Source: an uncultured Haloferula sp. (GTDB lineage Bacteria > Verrucomicrobiota > Verrucomicrobiia > Verrucomicrobiales > Akkermansiaceae). From it: DNA of 64,000 nt. Where the stretch lies: contig CBFGTS010000007.1 of NCBI GenBank assembly GCA_965652295.1, positions 32,001-96,000 of the forward strand, in the 5' to 3' direction. This document shows positions 33,351 to 42,931 of the stretch, piece by piece. A program made the position numbers and the translations under genes. The notes under the pieces are model-generated. The model was not told the origin of the DNA. It saw only the letters and a program-made list of their open reading frames with translations, and did not search any database. The number at the start of each line of letters is the position of its first letter. Positions within the stretch are counted from its first letter, which is position 1.

Positions 33351-33560
33351 TCAGGCGTCGTGTTGGAAGGCGAAGAGGACGAGGAGGGCGACGCCGATCC
33401 CCCAGAGCAGGATGAGGTTGGGGACGAGATAGGGATAGGTCATGAGGGCGACGCCGATGAGCTTGGGCTTCCAGCGGTCCAGGGTGCGGCCGTAGCGCCA
33501 GACGCCCCAGCCCAGGGTACCGAAAATGAAGCCGGCGAGTAGTTGGAGAGGGTGGAACAT
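33351..33560 (-). CDS. Small membrane protein
   Basis: MFHP.QL..GFIFG..GW..WRYGR...LIG..LM.YPY; starts 10 bp after the upstream stop. Confidence 0.75.
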   Translation of the reverse strand: MFHPLQLLAGFIFGTLGWGVWRYGRTLDRWKPKLIGVALMTYPYLVPNLILLWGIGVALLVLFAFQHDA

Positions 33561-33570
33561 GCCCTGGGTT

Positions 33571-34935
33571 TCAGCGGGTGAACCAGACGGGAGAATCGTA
33601 TAGATTGAACTCGATCCGCCGGAAGACGCCGAAGTCGAAAGCCGCTTCCCCAAAGGTCTGGGAAGAGCCGATGAGCTTGCCGTCGCGCAGGTCTTCAAGG
33701 CGGAAGGTGACGTGGCCGCCATCGGCGAACCAGGCGCGGATGTCCCCGTTTCTCCGGATGGGTTTCCAGAATTTCTCGGGGTCCGAGGCCTCCTCCTCGG
33801 TGCGCAGGGCGAAGGTGCGGAGGCGGGAAACCGGGAGGGTGAAGTCTTTCAATGTCGAGGTGATGGTGACGCTGCCATGGGCGATGTCACGGATGCCGCC
33901 GTCGATGATGTCGCCGTTGCGGAGGATGATCCGGTTGGTGAGATCCTCCTTGATCGGTGGTGGACTCTCGGATTCGTCGAGGAAGCCTCGACGTTCCTGG
34001 AAACCACCTTCGAGGATGCCATCCCAGCTTTCGAGATGGATGCGGGAGACGGTGGCCCCGGCGGATTGACTGCGGAGTTCAAAGAACGGGCCGGCACCTT
34101 CCGGTGAAGGATCGGTGTCGCGCCAGTCGGCCACGACCCGGTCCCCCACGGCGAGGCGGAACAGCCCGTGTTCGATGTCCTGAAGCATTTCGATCCGGAC
34201 GGAGCCTTCTCGGTTGAGTTCATCGACGGCACCGGCACCGAGGGCACCGATGGGGTAAATCTGGGACGTCCCGTTCGGGCGGAGGGTGCGCTTGCGGAAG
34301 GAGATGTACTGGTTCTGGCAGGCGAGTTCATAGTACGTCTTGATGCGTTCGTCTTCGTCCTCGGTGGCGTGAGTGCGGATGCTGAGATCGGTGCGTTCAT
34401 TCCAGGTGACGTCCAAACCGATTCTGAGCCGGAGGTGTTTTCCGACGTCGCGGCGGATCCCGCCGTTGCTCTCGCAGATCAAGGCTCCCGCCGTGTATTT
34501 CCAAGAGCCCTCGTCGTCTTGAGTCCAGCCGTCGAGGCCCTCGGGGCCGCGGTAAATGGTGGCGGCACGATCCCGGACATCGAGGCTGGCGACCATGTCG
34601 CGGCGCAGCGTGAGTTCGCCGGCATAGTGGGTGCCGAGGACGATTTTCTCGTCATCAAGGGCGAGCAGCAGGCCGCGGAGTTCGTCGCCATTGCTGAGGA
34701 CGGCGCGGGCGGTGTGCTCGCCTTCCGGGAGGGCGGGTTCACGGGCGGTGGGGATGCGGATCTCCGCAAGGTCGGAAAGATGGAACCGGGCATCTTCGGC
34801 GAGCGATTCGGATTTCCACTGGAAACTGTCTTCCCGGATGGCCTGAAGTCGGCCGTGGAACTGATCTCCGCTCTTGAACTCGGCGGTCATGGGCAGGGCC
34901 ATGGCGGAGACGAGGGTGAGAAATGCACCGGTCAT
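33571..34935 (-). CDS. Secreted hypothetical protein with NGD..G repeat modules
   Basis: Signal peptide; SGDQFHG, NGDELRG, NGDIIDG modules; ATGA-coupled. Confidence 0.8.
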   Translation of the reverse strand: MTGAFLTLVSAMALPMTAEFKSGDQFHGRLQAIREDSFQWKSESLAEDARFHLSDLAEIRIPTAREPALPEGEHTARAVLSNGDELRGLLLALDDEKIVLGTHYAGELTLRRDMVASLDVRDRAATIYRGPEGLDGWTQDDEGSWKYTAGALICESNGGIRRDVGKHLRLRIGLDVTWNERTDLSIRTHATEDEDERIKTYYELACQNQYISFRKRTLRPNGTSQIYPIGALGAGAVDELNREGSVRIEMLQDIEHGLFRLAVGDRVVADWRDTDPSPEGAGPFFELRSQSAGATVSRIHLESWDGILEGGFQERRGFLDESESPPPIKEDLTNRIILRNGDIIDGGIRDIAHGSVTITSTLKDFTLPVSRLRTFALRTEEEASDPEKFWKPIRRNGDIRAWFADGGHVTFRLEDLRDGKLIGSSQTFGEAAFDFGVFRRIEFNLYDSPVWFTR

Positions 34936-36254
34936 GGTTCTTCCTCCTCTCGTTCGTCCTGGGATGACAACTGCCTGTGGGCGAGCGCGCGCAGGGCGTC
35001 GCGGCGTGCGGTGAAACGGCCCAGAAGGGGATGGTCGATGCGGGCGGTGTCGTCGGAAAACACGCAGCCGGTGGCGCTGATCAGGCCGGCATCGGGTAGA
35101 CCGAGGAGGAGTTTCGGGCGGGGCACGTCCTTCTCCAGATTCTTGAAGAACAAGGTGGAAACGCATTCCACGGGCACCTCCAGAGGATCGGGGAAGTAGG
35201 AGCAATCGATAAGGACGACGGTTCCTTTCGAGGTGGTGCGGGTGCCGATGAGTTCGCCGCTGAAACGGTTGCCGTCATCGTCGATCAGGGCGTCCTCGGT
35301 CGGATCGCCGCGGTCCTCGCTGCTGTGGCGGTCGCGTTTGGAATTCCAGGCGCGGAGGGTGACCGAGCCGACCCGCAGGGTGCCGGGGTCGCCGCTGAGC
35401 GAGTTGAAGATGAGGATGTCTCCCTCGGGCGCTGGGGTGGGATCGGAGAGTTCTTTTGCCACCAGCTGGTCATTGACGTGGATTTGCAACTTGCGGCTCG
35501 GGCGATCGACCCGGAGTTCCAAGGTGGCGCGCTGGGTGGGGTAATCCGAGATCGACCACGGGATGTCACCGAGGGTTTGGAAGGTGTTCGGGCCTGAGCT
35601 TTGGCGGTCGAGCTTGAGACGATTGCCGCGGATCTGGAGGCGGTAGCGGTCTTCCTTGGCGCGGCCGGGGGAGGGATTGGAGGAGCAAAAATAGACCTCG
35701 AGGTTGGGCGTGCCTTTCCACAGGAGCTCGAACTGGAGGGAGAACGCGGTGGGCAGCTTGCCGGGATCGAACGCGGCGGCACCACGGCCGTTCGAAACGA
35801 ACCCCGCGGGTTCCAGCTCCCAGGCATTTCCCAGATCCCAACCCGAGGCATCATCCGGGCCCTTGTAGAGGACCCGGCGCGGGCGGATGCCCAGCTGGAG
35901 AGAGGCGATGTGGCGGCGCTCGACCTCGAGCGGCTCACAGTAGTCGGTGCGGATGCGGACCGAGTCCGGGCCGATTGATTCCAGCTCACAGGCGAGGCGA
36001 TCGCCATTGGCGAGGGCGAGCCGGGCCCCGTGTCTGCCGAGGGTTTCGCCGGATTCAGGGAAACGGACTTCGCGGACCGCGTCGAGCCGTAGCTTCAAGG
36101 GTGCGAGGGCGAGGGGGGTGCGGAGTTCGAGGATTTCGGCATCCAGGGCGGCGACGTCGCCCCGCATCGAACCGCCGTCCAGCATCGTCACCTGGTCCGC
36201 CGGTAGCGGAGACGCCGCGATCCACGCGCAGAGGATGGAGATGACGGATCTCAT
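34932..36254 (-). CDS. Secreted hypothetical protein with NGD..G repeat modules
   Basis: Signal peptide; DGGSMRG, NGDRLAC, DGNRFSG modules; ATGA-coupled. Confidence 0.8.
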   Translation of the reverse strand: MRSVISILCAWIAASPLPADQVTMLDGGSMRGDVAALDAEILELRTPLALAPLKLRLDAVREVRFPESGETLGRHGARLALANGDRLACELESIGPDSVRIRTDYCEPLEVERRHIASLQLGIRPRRVLYKGPDDASGWDLGNAWELEPAGFVSNGRGAAAFDPGKLPTAFSLQFELLWKGTPNLEVYFCSSNPSPGRAKEDRYRLQIRGNRLKLDRQSSGPNTFQTLGDIPWSISDYPTQRATLELRVDRPSRKLQIHVNDQLVAKELSDPTPAPEGDILIFNSLSGDPGTLRVGSVTLRAWNSKRDRHSSEDRGDPTEDALIDDDGNRFSGELIGTRTTSKGTVVLIDCSYFPDPLEVPVECVSTLFFKNLEKDVPRPKLLLGLPDAGLISATGCVFSDDTARIDHPLLGRFTARRDALRALAHRQLSSQDEREEEEP

Positions 36255-37690
36255 AAGTCTTCGTCCCAAGGGCTGAGGAATTCTCCACCCTGCCGGAATT
36301 CCAGCAAGCTGACCGGGGAGAGATCGATGCGCACGGGGCCGAGGAGGGGTGATGCGATCTGGAGGTGGGTGGCGTCCGACTGGCTGACTTTTCCGGAAAT
36401 CGAGCCGATGGGCTGGAACAGCGCGCGGACGCGGTCGGCGCTGTCTTCCTCGACCGCTTCGATGGGGCGGTCGGCGAAGTGGACTTCGGCGATTTCTTCG
36501 AGCGGGATGGAGAGCTGGGCGTAGGCGCTTTCGAACTCAAGATGGCCGTCGGCGATGCTCTTGACCTCGCCGGAGAAACGATCGGTGCCGTTGGTGAGAA
36601 GAACCAAATCCCGTTCGGGATGGCGGAGGCTGCGTGCGGCATCCGGCATGCCGTTCCATTCGGCCACGAGGATATTGGAGATCCGCAGGGCCTCGCGGCT
36701 GCCCGGCACCATGAATCCGATGCCGCCGCCCGATGTGGGCTCTTCCGGCTGATCGTCGAGGTTCCATCGAAGCATGTAGCTGCCATCGACGAAGAGGGTG
36801 ACCGTACGCCGGTCGAGATCGGTGCGGATCTCGAAGTCGGCGCGGTCGCTGTGCCCGAATTCGACCGTGGAGGCCGCCGAGCGGATCATGCGGGAAAAGG
36901 GTTTCCCTTCCTCATCGAAACCGCAGCGCTGGAGCGTGGCGTAGGATCCGCGGAGGGTAAGGACCAGGCAGTTTCCGAAAGCGGTGGTGGGCAGGTCGGG
37001 GCGGGACCGCGGTTCCTCGTCATCGGGTGCGGGTGCGGGCGGGGAGGCGAAGTCGGCCATGAAGGCGACGGAAAACGGCGGGCGGTTCCGCCAATCGAGA
37101 TGGAAACGCAGCACTGACTGTCGGGGCGTTTCCAGAGGCAGCCGAAGGGCTTCGGGGCCACCGCTGTAGTACCAGTAGCCGCCGGTATGTTGCCAGGTCG
37201 GCGACGAATCGTCGCCATCGGCCTCTTCCAGACGCTCGGGATCGTCGGTCTGGGGATTGATGGTTTCCCACCCTTCGGCACTGAAGGGGCCGGCGTAGAT
37301 GAGCCGTCCGCCAAAGGGATTCGGCGCGAGCGAGGTCAGGTGGCGGGCGGGCACCGTGAGGGTGCCGGCGAAGGGGGTGTCGAGTGCGAGCTGGTCCGCA
37401 TCCATGCGCCGGATGACGCCGGGAAGGCAGTCGCCATTGGTGAGGAAAACGTGGGAACGGTCTCCGGTGGGCGTGGCGGGACGGGCGCCGCGGAGCGCGA
37501 TGTGCCGGACCTTGTCGAGGCGGAATTCAAGCGTGCTCCCGGCGTCCTCACGGTCCCATTGCAGCATGCCCGCGGGCGTGATGCCGGCGTACCGTCCTTC
37601 GAGGCTGCCGTCGGTCAGACGGAGCATGTCCGGCTCGGCGGCCGTGGCGAGGCCGGCAAGGAGCGGGAGCAGTCGGAGGAAGTACGTCAT
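36251..37690 (-). CDS. Secreted hypothetical protein with NGD..G repeat modules
   Basis: Signal peptide; DGSLEG, NGDCLPG, GTDRFSG modules; ATGA-coupled. Confidence 0.8.
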   Translation of the reverse strand: MTYFLRLLPLLAGLATAAEPDMLRLTDGSLEGRYAGITPAGMLQWDREDAGSTLEFRLDKVRHIALRGARPATPTGDRSHVFLTNGDCLPGVIRRMDADQLALDTPFAGTLTVPARHLTSLAPNPFGGRLIYAGPFSAEGWETINPQTDDPERLEEADGDDSSPTWQHTGGYWYYSGGPEALRLPLETPRQSVLRFHLDWRNRPPFSVAFMADFASPPAPAPDDEEPRSRPDLPTTAFGNCLVLTLRGSYATLQRCGFDEEGKPFSRMIRSAASTVEFGHSDRADFEIRTDLDRRTVTLFVDGSYMLRWNLDDQPEEPTSGGGIGFMVPGSREALRISNILVAEWNGMPDAARSLRHPERDLVLLTNGTDRFSGEVKSIADGHLEFESAYAQLSIPLEEIAEVHFADRPIEAVEEDSADRVRALFQPIGSISGKVSQSDATHLQIASPLLGPVRIDLSPVSLLEFRQGGEFLSPWDEDL

Positions 37691-38682
37691 TTCTCGTAAA
37701 TCGGAAGGTAGCGGTAGTTGATGGCGAGCGAGAGCAGGGCACCGGCGGTGCTGAAAGCCTCGCCCTTGTCGCCGGGCCAGGAGCCGTCGGTGCGCTGGAG
37801 CACGGCGAGGTAGCGGACGTTCTTGTCATTCCATGTCGTCCACAGCTCGTCGCTGGCCTGGTGGAGCGCCTGCGACATATAGTATTCGTAGTAGTAAGGG
37901 TAGTGCTGGTCGCGGTAGTCGAGGTGCTCGGCGAGGTAGCTCACGCTTTTCTCAAAGCCCTTGCCGGTGCGCTCCTTGGCGAGGCCGAGGCAGGTGACGC
38001 CGATGGCGGTGAGGGTCGGTTTTCCGCCGCCGGCGGAGGTGTAGCCGTAGGAGCCGTCTTCATCGCGGCAACGGGCCATGAAGGCGAGGCCCTTGCGGAT
38101 GGCTTCCTCCGGGACGCCGATGCCTGCATTCCGCGCGCCGAGCAGGGCGACGAGTTGGCAGCCGGAGACGGTGGTGTCGGCGTCGCGGCTTTCCGGTGAA
38201 TAGCGCCAGGCGTTGGCGGGGTTGCGTGCCTGGGCGGTGAGGATGAGCTGAACGGCGCTCTCCAGAGCTTCGGCGAGGTCCGGGTGACCGACCATGCCGT
38301 AGGCCTCGGCGAGGGCGAGGGTGGCGAAGCCGTGGTTGTACATCGAGTTGCCGATGTAGCCGTTGCGCTCCTTCTGGTTGGACAGGATGTAGTCGATGCC
38401 TTTGCGGATGGCCTCGGCGTAGGGACCGTGGACGGGATCGTCCCCGTGGGCGAGGAAGGCCTTGATGCAGAGGCCGACAACGGCGGGTTCGCCGCCCATC
38501 GGATCGTTCCAGTAGCCGTCGGAATTCTGGGTGCGCAGGAGGTAGTTGAGGCCGCGTTCATACATCGACTCGATCTGCGCCGGAATCGGATCGGTGGGCC
38601 GGTGGGGAAGGATTTGGGCGGCAAGGGGCGCGACCGTTGCGACGGCGACGAACCAGATGGAAACGAAGCGGAAGCCGGTCAT
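37687..38682 (-). CDS. Prenyltransferase/squalene oxidase repeat-containing protein
   Basis: QW-type repeats GLNYLLRTQNSDGYW, LQRTDGSW; MYNHGFATLALAEAYGM; WRY. Confidence 0.9.
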   Translation of the reverse strand: MTGFRFVSIWFVAVATVAPLAAQILPHRPTDPIPAQIESMYERGLNYLLRTQNSDGYWNDPMGGEPAVVGLCIKAFLAHGDDPVHGPYAEAIRKGIDYILSNQKERNGYIGNSMYNHGFATLALAEAYGMVGHPDLAEALESAVQLILTAQARNPANAWRYSPESRDADTTVSGCQLVALLGARNAGIGVPEEAIRKGLAFMARCRDEDGSYGYTSAGGGKPTLTAIGVTCLGLAKERTGKGFEKSVSYLAEHLDYRDQHYPYYYEYYMSQALHQASDELWTTWNDKNVRYLAVLQRTDGSWPGDKGEAFSTAGALLSLAINYRYLPIYEK

Positions 38683-39311
38683 GGTTCGAGAGATTTGAGA
38701 CCGCGATTGTAGGCCTTGAGGGCGTCGTTGAACTCGGGCGGCAGGGTCTTTCCTGCCACGCCGGCACCTTTGGGGACGCGCCGTTGACCGGTGGCGCCCT
38801 CCATCGAGCCGTCGGTGCTTCCATTGGCGAGGTCGGAGTCGCCCGTCATTCCAGTGCCGCCACCCTCGCCGGGCTTCTTACCAGGTCCCTTCGGTGCACC
38901 GCCGGGCTGCATTCCGAGCATCCGCTGGAGCATCTGCATCATCGCGCCGTCCTCCGGCGATTCCCCGCCGTCGCCCGACTGTTCCTGACGTTTTTTGGCG
39001 GCTTGGTAGATTTTCTCGATGACCTCGGTCTGGGCGGCGAGGGTCGGGCCATCGGTTTCGTGCTCCCAGAGGCGCTCGCTGGCCTCGTCCATGGCGTCCT
39101 CGACCTCGCGGAAGAGGGCGATGACTTCCTCGGAGGTCTGCTCGATGGTCAGCTGCTGGACATCGGCCGCGAGTTCGTCCTGCTGGTCGGACAGGCGGCG
39201 CGAGCTTTCCTGATGGTGGGCGACGGCTTCGGCAAAATCGACCGGCTCACCGGCCGGCGCGACGAGCGGGGCGATGCAAAGAACGAGGGTGACGCGTTTC
39301 ACGGCCTTCAT
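38679..39311 (-). CDS. Hypothetical coiled-coil protein with Gly-rich region
   Basis: Signal-like N-terminus; C-terminal LPPEF.DAL.AY; coupled to both neighbours. Confidence 0.8.
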   Translation of the reverse strand: MKAVKRVTLVLCIAPLVAPAGEPVDFAEAVAHHQESSRRLSDQQDELAADVQQLTIEQTSEEVIALFREVEDAMDEASERLWEHETDGPTLAAQTEVIEKIYQAAKKRQEQSGDGGESPEDGAMMQMLQRMLGMQPGGAPKGPGKKPGEGGGTGMTGDSDLANGSTDGSMEGATGQRRVPKGAGVAGKTLPPEFNDALKAYNRGLKSLEP

Positions 39312-41920
39312 GGGGTTCCTCCTTGGCTGGCGGAGCGGCGCAGGGTTTCCAAGGCACGGGTGCGGGCGCGCAGGTCCTGTTCTTCCTGCACCATGCGCAT
39401 GACGCGCAGCATGAACTCGAAGTCCTCGTCTTCCGGAGATCCACCCCCGCCTCCGCCGCCCCCGCCTTGGGCCTGGTTGGCGGCTTCTTCGAGGAGCTTG
39501 GCCCACTCGCGCAGTTGATCGGCCCAGGTGTCGGAGGTGTCGGCGGCCAGGTAGCCTTGATTCCGCTCGATGCGCTGGCGGATGTTTTCCAACTCGATCT
39601 GGATGGCGGACGAACGCATGGCTTCCAGCACTCTGCCATAGTCGGGGTTGTCGGTACGGGTAAAAAAGTGGCCGAGGTCCTCCTCGATCCAGCGGATATC
39701 CGAGGTGGTTTCCGCCTGGAGGCGGAGGATGTCCTCAAGCTCGCCGAGATCGGCGGGATCCAATTCCTCCGGGCGCAGGCCGAATTGCTCCGAGCTATCG
39801 AGCGTGGCGTGGGTGATGCCATCCTGATCGGAGGCGGCCTTTTTGAGGCGACTGACGAAGGTGCTGGCCTCGAACCGCTGCTTGGCCTCGTTGGCCTCTT
39901 CAACTGTTTTGCGGATTTTTTCCAAGGCCTGCTTCTGCCGTTCGACGGCTTCGTCCATGTCGCGGCCGGTTTTCTCGTCGGTGTTCTTCGGATCGCCGGC
40001 TTCGCCGAGCTTCCCGCTCACGCCGGGCAGCGCGTCTTTTCCGAGTTCGCGTAGGGACTGCATCATTTCGCTCATGCGACGCAGCGTGTCGGGGTCGATG
40101 GTTTCGTTCCGTGCGCCGTCCTTGAGGAGTTGTTCGACGCGGTCGGCGAGGTCGCGCATCGCCTCCGCCTGCTGATTTTCCTGCTGTTCCTGGGTTTGGA
40201 GGCGCTTGAGGTTTTCCTCCTCGTGGAGTTCGGCCGGATCCAGCCGTTCGAGCCGCTGGTTTTCCTCGTAGAGGTTCCTTTCCCGGCGGGCGAGATCCTC
40301 CAATTCGCTGATGGAGCGGTCGAAGCGGTTCTTCAACATCTGCGCGTGCTCCTGAAGGCTGAGGACGTAGAGGGTGACGGGCTGCGAGTAGATCCGCCCG
40401 CGCTCCGGAAGGTAATCGGTGGCGTAGGCACGCAACGTGAGCTTTTGGGGCGGGATGCCGAAGGCGTCGGGCGAGAAGGCGACGGGAGCGCCCGCGCGGA
40501 CGAGATCGGGTGATCCCTGTTGCAGGGAAAGCGCACCATTGGCGGCGGCATCGGAGCCGGGGAGCGAGGGCTCGCCGGACCACTCGATACCGAGGTCTTT
40601 GAGCCCGAAATCGTCAGTCGCCGCGACGGTGAAATCGACCGTTTCGGCGGCGAGAATGGCCCGGGTGCCGGTGAGACCTTCGATGTACACGGTGGGAGCT
40701 TCATCCGGCACGGCATGGACCCTCAGCTCGAAGCCGGGAGCACCGTCGAGGCCGAGATGGTCGGTCCATTGGAAAGGGATCCTCAGGGAGGTGTCACGGA
40801 CGTCGATTGGCCCGGTCAGGGCACGGCCGCCTTCGACCTCCACCGCCACATCGGAATCCACGCGGGGGCGGGTATCGGCCGCGTCGGCGATCGCCTCGGC
40901 CGGGCCGGCGGAGGCCCGGGCCAGCTGGCGGTCGGACTGGATCGATAGACGCACCGTGGAGCCTTCGACCGCGCGGACCGAGCCGGTGGTCAGCGGCTGC
41001 TTTTCGACCGGGCGCTGGAGGTAGGGCGGATGATCGATCTCGGCTTCGCTGCGGGCGATGGTCGGTCGCAGCGTGGGCGTGACGAGCAGCTTGTGGATGG
41101 CATCGCCGATTTCCACCCTCAGGAACTCGCGCCGGAGCTGACCGGGGAACGCGAAGCGGTAGGTGCCGCTCTCCAGTCGCGCGGTTACCGGGTTCTGCGA
41201 ACCGTAGCGTGCCATGCCCTGCTCCGGCTGCCAGCGGCTGTCTGCATTCAGGCGCAGATCCAGCGTGAAGGCCTCGCCCATCGGCACCGCCATTTCCAGC
41301 GGGACATCGTCGAGTTGGGTGAAGGTGTAGCGCGGCGTTTCGGAGAGCGGAAAAAGCCAGCGCCGCAGCGAGTTCAGACCGGCCTCCGGAACCAGCGTTA
41401 GGGCCGTGCCCGCGACGAGGAAGAGGAGGATCACCGCGAGCGACCAGCGGCGGTGCCGGGAGAGCGGCAGCAGGTCGTCGAGCTTCCGGTTCCGTGTTTC
41501 CGCCGCCACCGAGTCCATCGCGGCGGCGCGCAGGCGGGGCGAGAGGGTGTCCTCGTTCTCGGACTGGTTGGCGAGGTCGATGACGCCCAGCAGCCGATCT
41601 CCGAGGCCGGGGTGCTTTCTGGAAATGAGCTTCGCGAGCTGGTCGTGATCGCGATGCCGCCAGACCCAGCGATGAAGCCACATCGGGGCGAAGACCGCGG
41701 ACAGCGACGTGCCGGCGACCAGGATGGCCAGCCGGGCCAGCGCGGGGGTCGCGGAAAAGCGATCGATGGCGAAGACGATCAGGAATGACAGCAGCAGGCC
41801 GAAGATGCCGGCGAAGACGGCCTCGGAGATCTTGGTTCTCCAGAGCTGCCGACGGTATTCGACCAACTGCTGGCGGAGGGACTCCGGCAGGGGTGTGCGG
41901 GTCGGTTTCGGTTCGAGCAT
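39308..41920 (-). CDS. Large membrane-anchored coiled-coil protein (DUF4175-like)
   Basis: N-terminal TM helices, HPGLGDRLL, ATDDFGL, long Gln/Glu-rich coiled coil. Confidence 0.75.
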   Translation of the reverse strand: MLEPKPTRTPLPESLRQQLVEYRRQLWRTKISEAVFAGIFGLLLSFLIVFAIDRFSATPALARLAILVAGTSLSAVFAPMWLHRWVWRHRDHDQLAKLISRKHPGLGDRLLGVIDLANQSENEDTLSPRLRAAAMDSVAAETRNRKLDDLLPLSRHRRWSLAVILLFLVAGTALTLVPEAGLNSLRRWLFPLSETPRYTFTQLDDVPLEMAVPMGEAFTLDLRLNADSRWQPEQGMARYGSQNPVTARLESGTYRFAFPGQLRREFLRVEIGDAIHKLLVTPTLRPTIARSEAEIDHPPYLQRPVEKQPLTTGSVRAVEGSTVRLSIQSDRQLARASAGPAEAIADAADTRPRVDSDVAVEVEGGRALTGPIDVRDTSLRIPFQWTDHLGLDGAPGFELRVHAVPDEAPTVYIEGLTGTRAILAAETVDFTVAATDDFGLKDLGIEWSGEPSLPGSDAAANGALSLQQGSPDLVRAGAPVAFSPDAFGIPPQKLTLRAYATDYLPERGRIYSQPVTLYVLSLQEHAQMLKNRFDRSISELEDLARRERNLYEENQRLERLDPAELHEEENLKRLQTQEQQENQQAEAMRDLADRVEQLLKDGARNETIDPDTLRRMSEMMQSLRELGKDALPGVSGKLGEAGDPKNTDEKTGRDMDEAVERQKQALEKIRKTVEEANEAKQRFEASTFVSRLKKAASDQDGITHATLDSSEQFGLRPEELDPADLGELEDILRLQAETTSDIRWIEEDLGHFFTRTDNPDYGRVLEAMRSSAIQIELENIRQRIERNQGYLAADTSDTWADQLREWAKLLEEAANQAQGGGGGGGGGSPEDEDFEFMLRVMRMVQEEQDLRARTRALETLRRSASQGGTP

Positions 41921-42064
41921 CGGCGGGGTGAAATCGGGATCGACCGGATTTCCGGGAAAGTTCCAAAGGTTCCGGCAGTTAGCCAGCGGAAATGAGCGGG
42001 AGGGGCCGGGCGGCAGCTGCGTTTTTCCGGATCTTCCCGCACCCATGCCGGGCGGTGCGGGACC

Positions 42065-42724
42065 TCAAGACTCCGCTTGGACCACCATGTTGCTGATCCT
42101 TTCCCGTCCGATCGTCGTCGGATCCCCATGGCCGGGGAGGACGCGGGTGTCGTGAGGGAGCGGGTAGAGCTTTTCGACGATCCCGCGGCAGAGCAGGTCG
42201 AGATCGCCGCCGGGAAGATCGCCGCGGCCGGTGGAGCTGTGGAAAAGGGTGTCGCCGGCGAAGATGACTTCCATTTCCGGGAGGTGAAAAACGACGCTGT
42301 CCGCCGAATGGCCGGGGACGTGGAGGAGGGAGAAATCGAGCCCGTCGATTTCCAGCCGGTCTTGCCCCTCAAGCGTGTGATCGACAGCGAACTCTTCGAC
42401 ATCGAACGGCATGCCCCATTGGCGCACGACTTCTTCGAGGGTCAGGGCGCGGGAGAACGCATTCCATGCATAGACCGGCACGCCTTTGGCGGCGATGGCC
42501 GCCGCGGTCATGACGTGGTCGAAATGTTGGTGGGTGAGCAGCAGTGCCGTCGGCAGCACGCCGCGTTCGTCGAGCCAGCGGTCGGCCTCCATCGGCGCGT
42601 CGATCATCACGTGTCCGCCGCCCGGTGTTGAAACCAGATATCCGTTGGTGAGGAGATACCCTCCTTCAAATCGCTGGATGCCTTCCACGGCGGGAAAGGA
42701 AGCGGGCGGGATGGCGGGTGTCAA
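42065..42724 (-). CDS. MBL-fold metallo-hydrolase (glyoxalase II-like)
   Basis: THQHFDHV, PGHS, GDTLF, GRGDLPGG, PGHG. Confidence 0.93.
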   Translation of the reverse strand: MTPAIPPASFPAVEGIQRFEGGYLLTNGYLVSTPGGGHVMIDAPMEADRWLDERGVLPTALLLTHQHFDHVMTAAAIAAKGVPVYAWNAFSRALTLEEVVRQWGMPFDVEEFAVDHTLEGQDRLEIDGLDFSLLHVPGHSADSVVFHLPEMEVIFAGDTLFHSSTGRGDLPGGDLDLLCRGIVEKLYPLPHDTRVLPGHGDPTTIGRERISNMVVQAES

Positions 42725-42931
42725 ACCCGCGGCCGGGCCGGGATTTTGGAGGAAATCCGGCGTCCGGGTTCTAACGGCGCAACAATACGTATCGGTGCCG
42801 CGCGGGGCGACTCAGGTTTTAGTTGCCGCGCTTCCCAACCGGGGCCTAGACTTCCGCCCCCGATTCGACTCCGGATCGGAGAGGAAAGGGGTCCTCTCCC
42901 ATCCGGGGTTGGCCGGGCGACTTCATTCATC

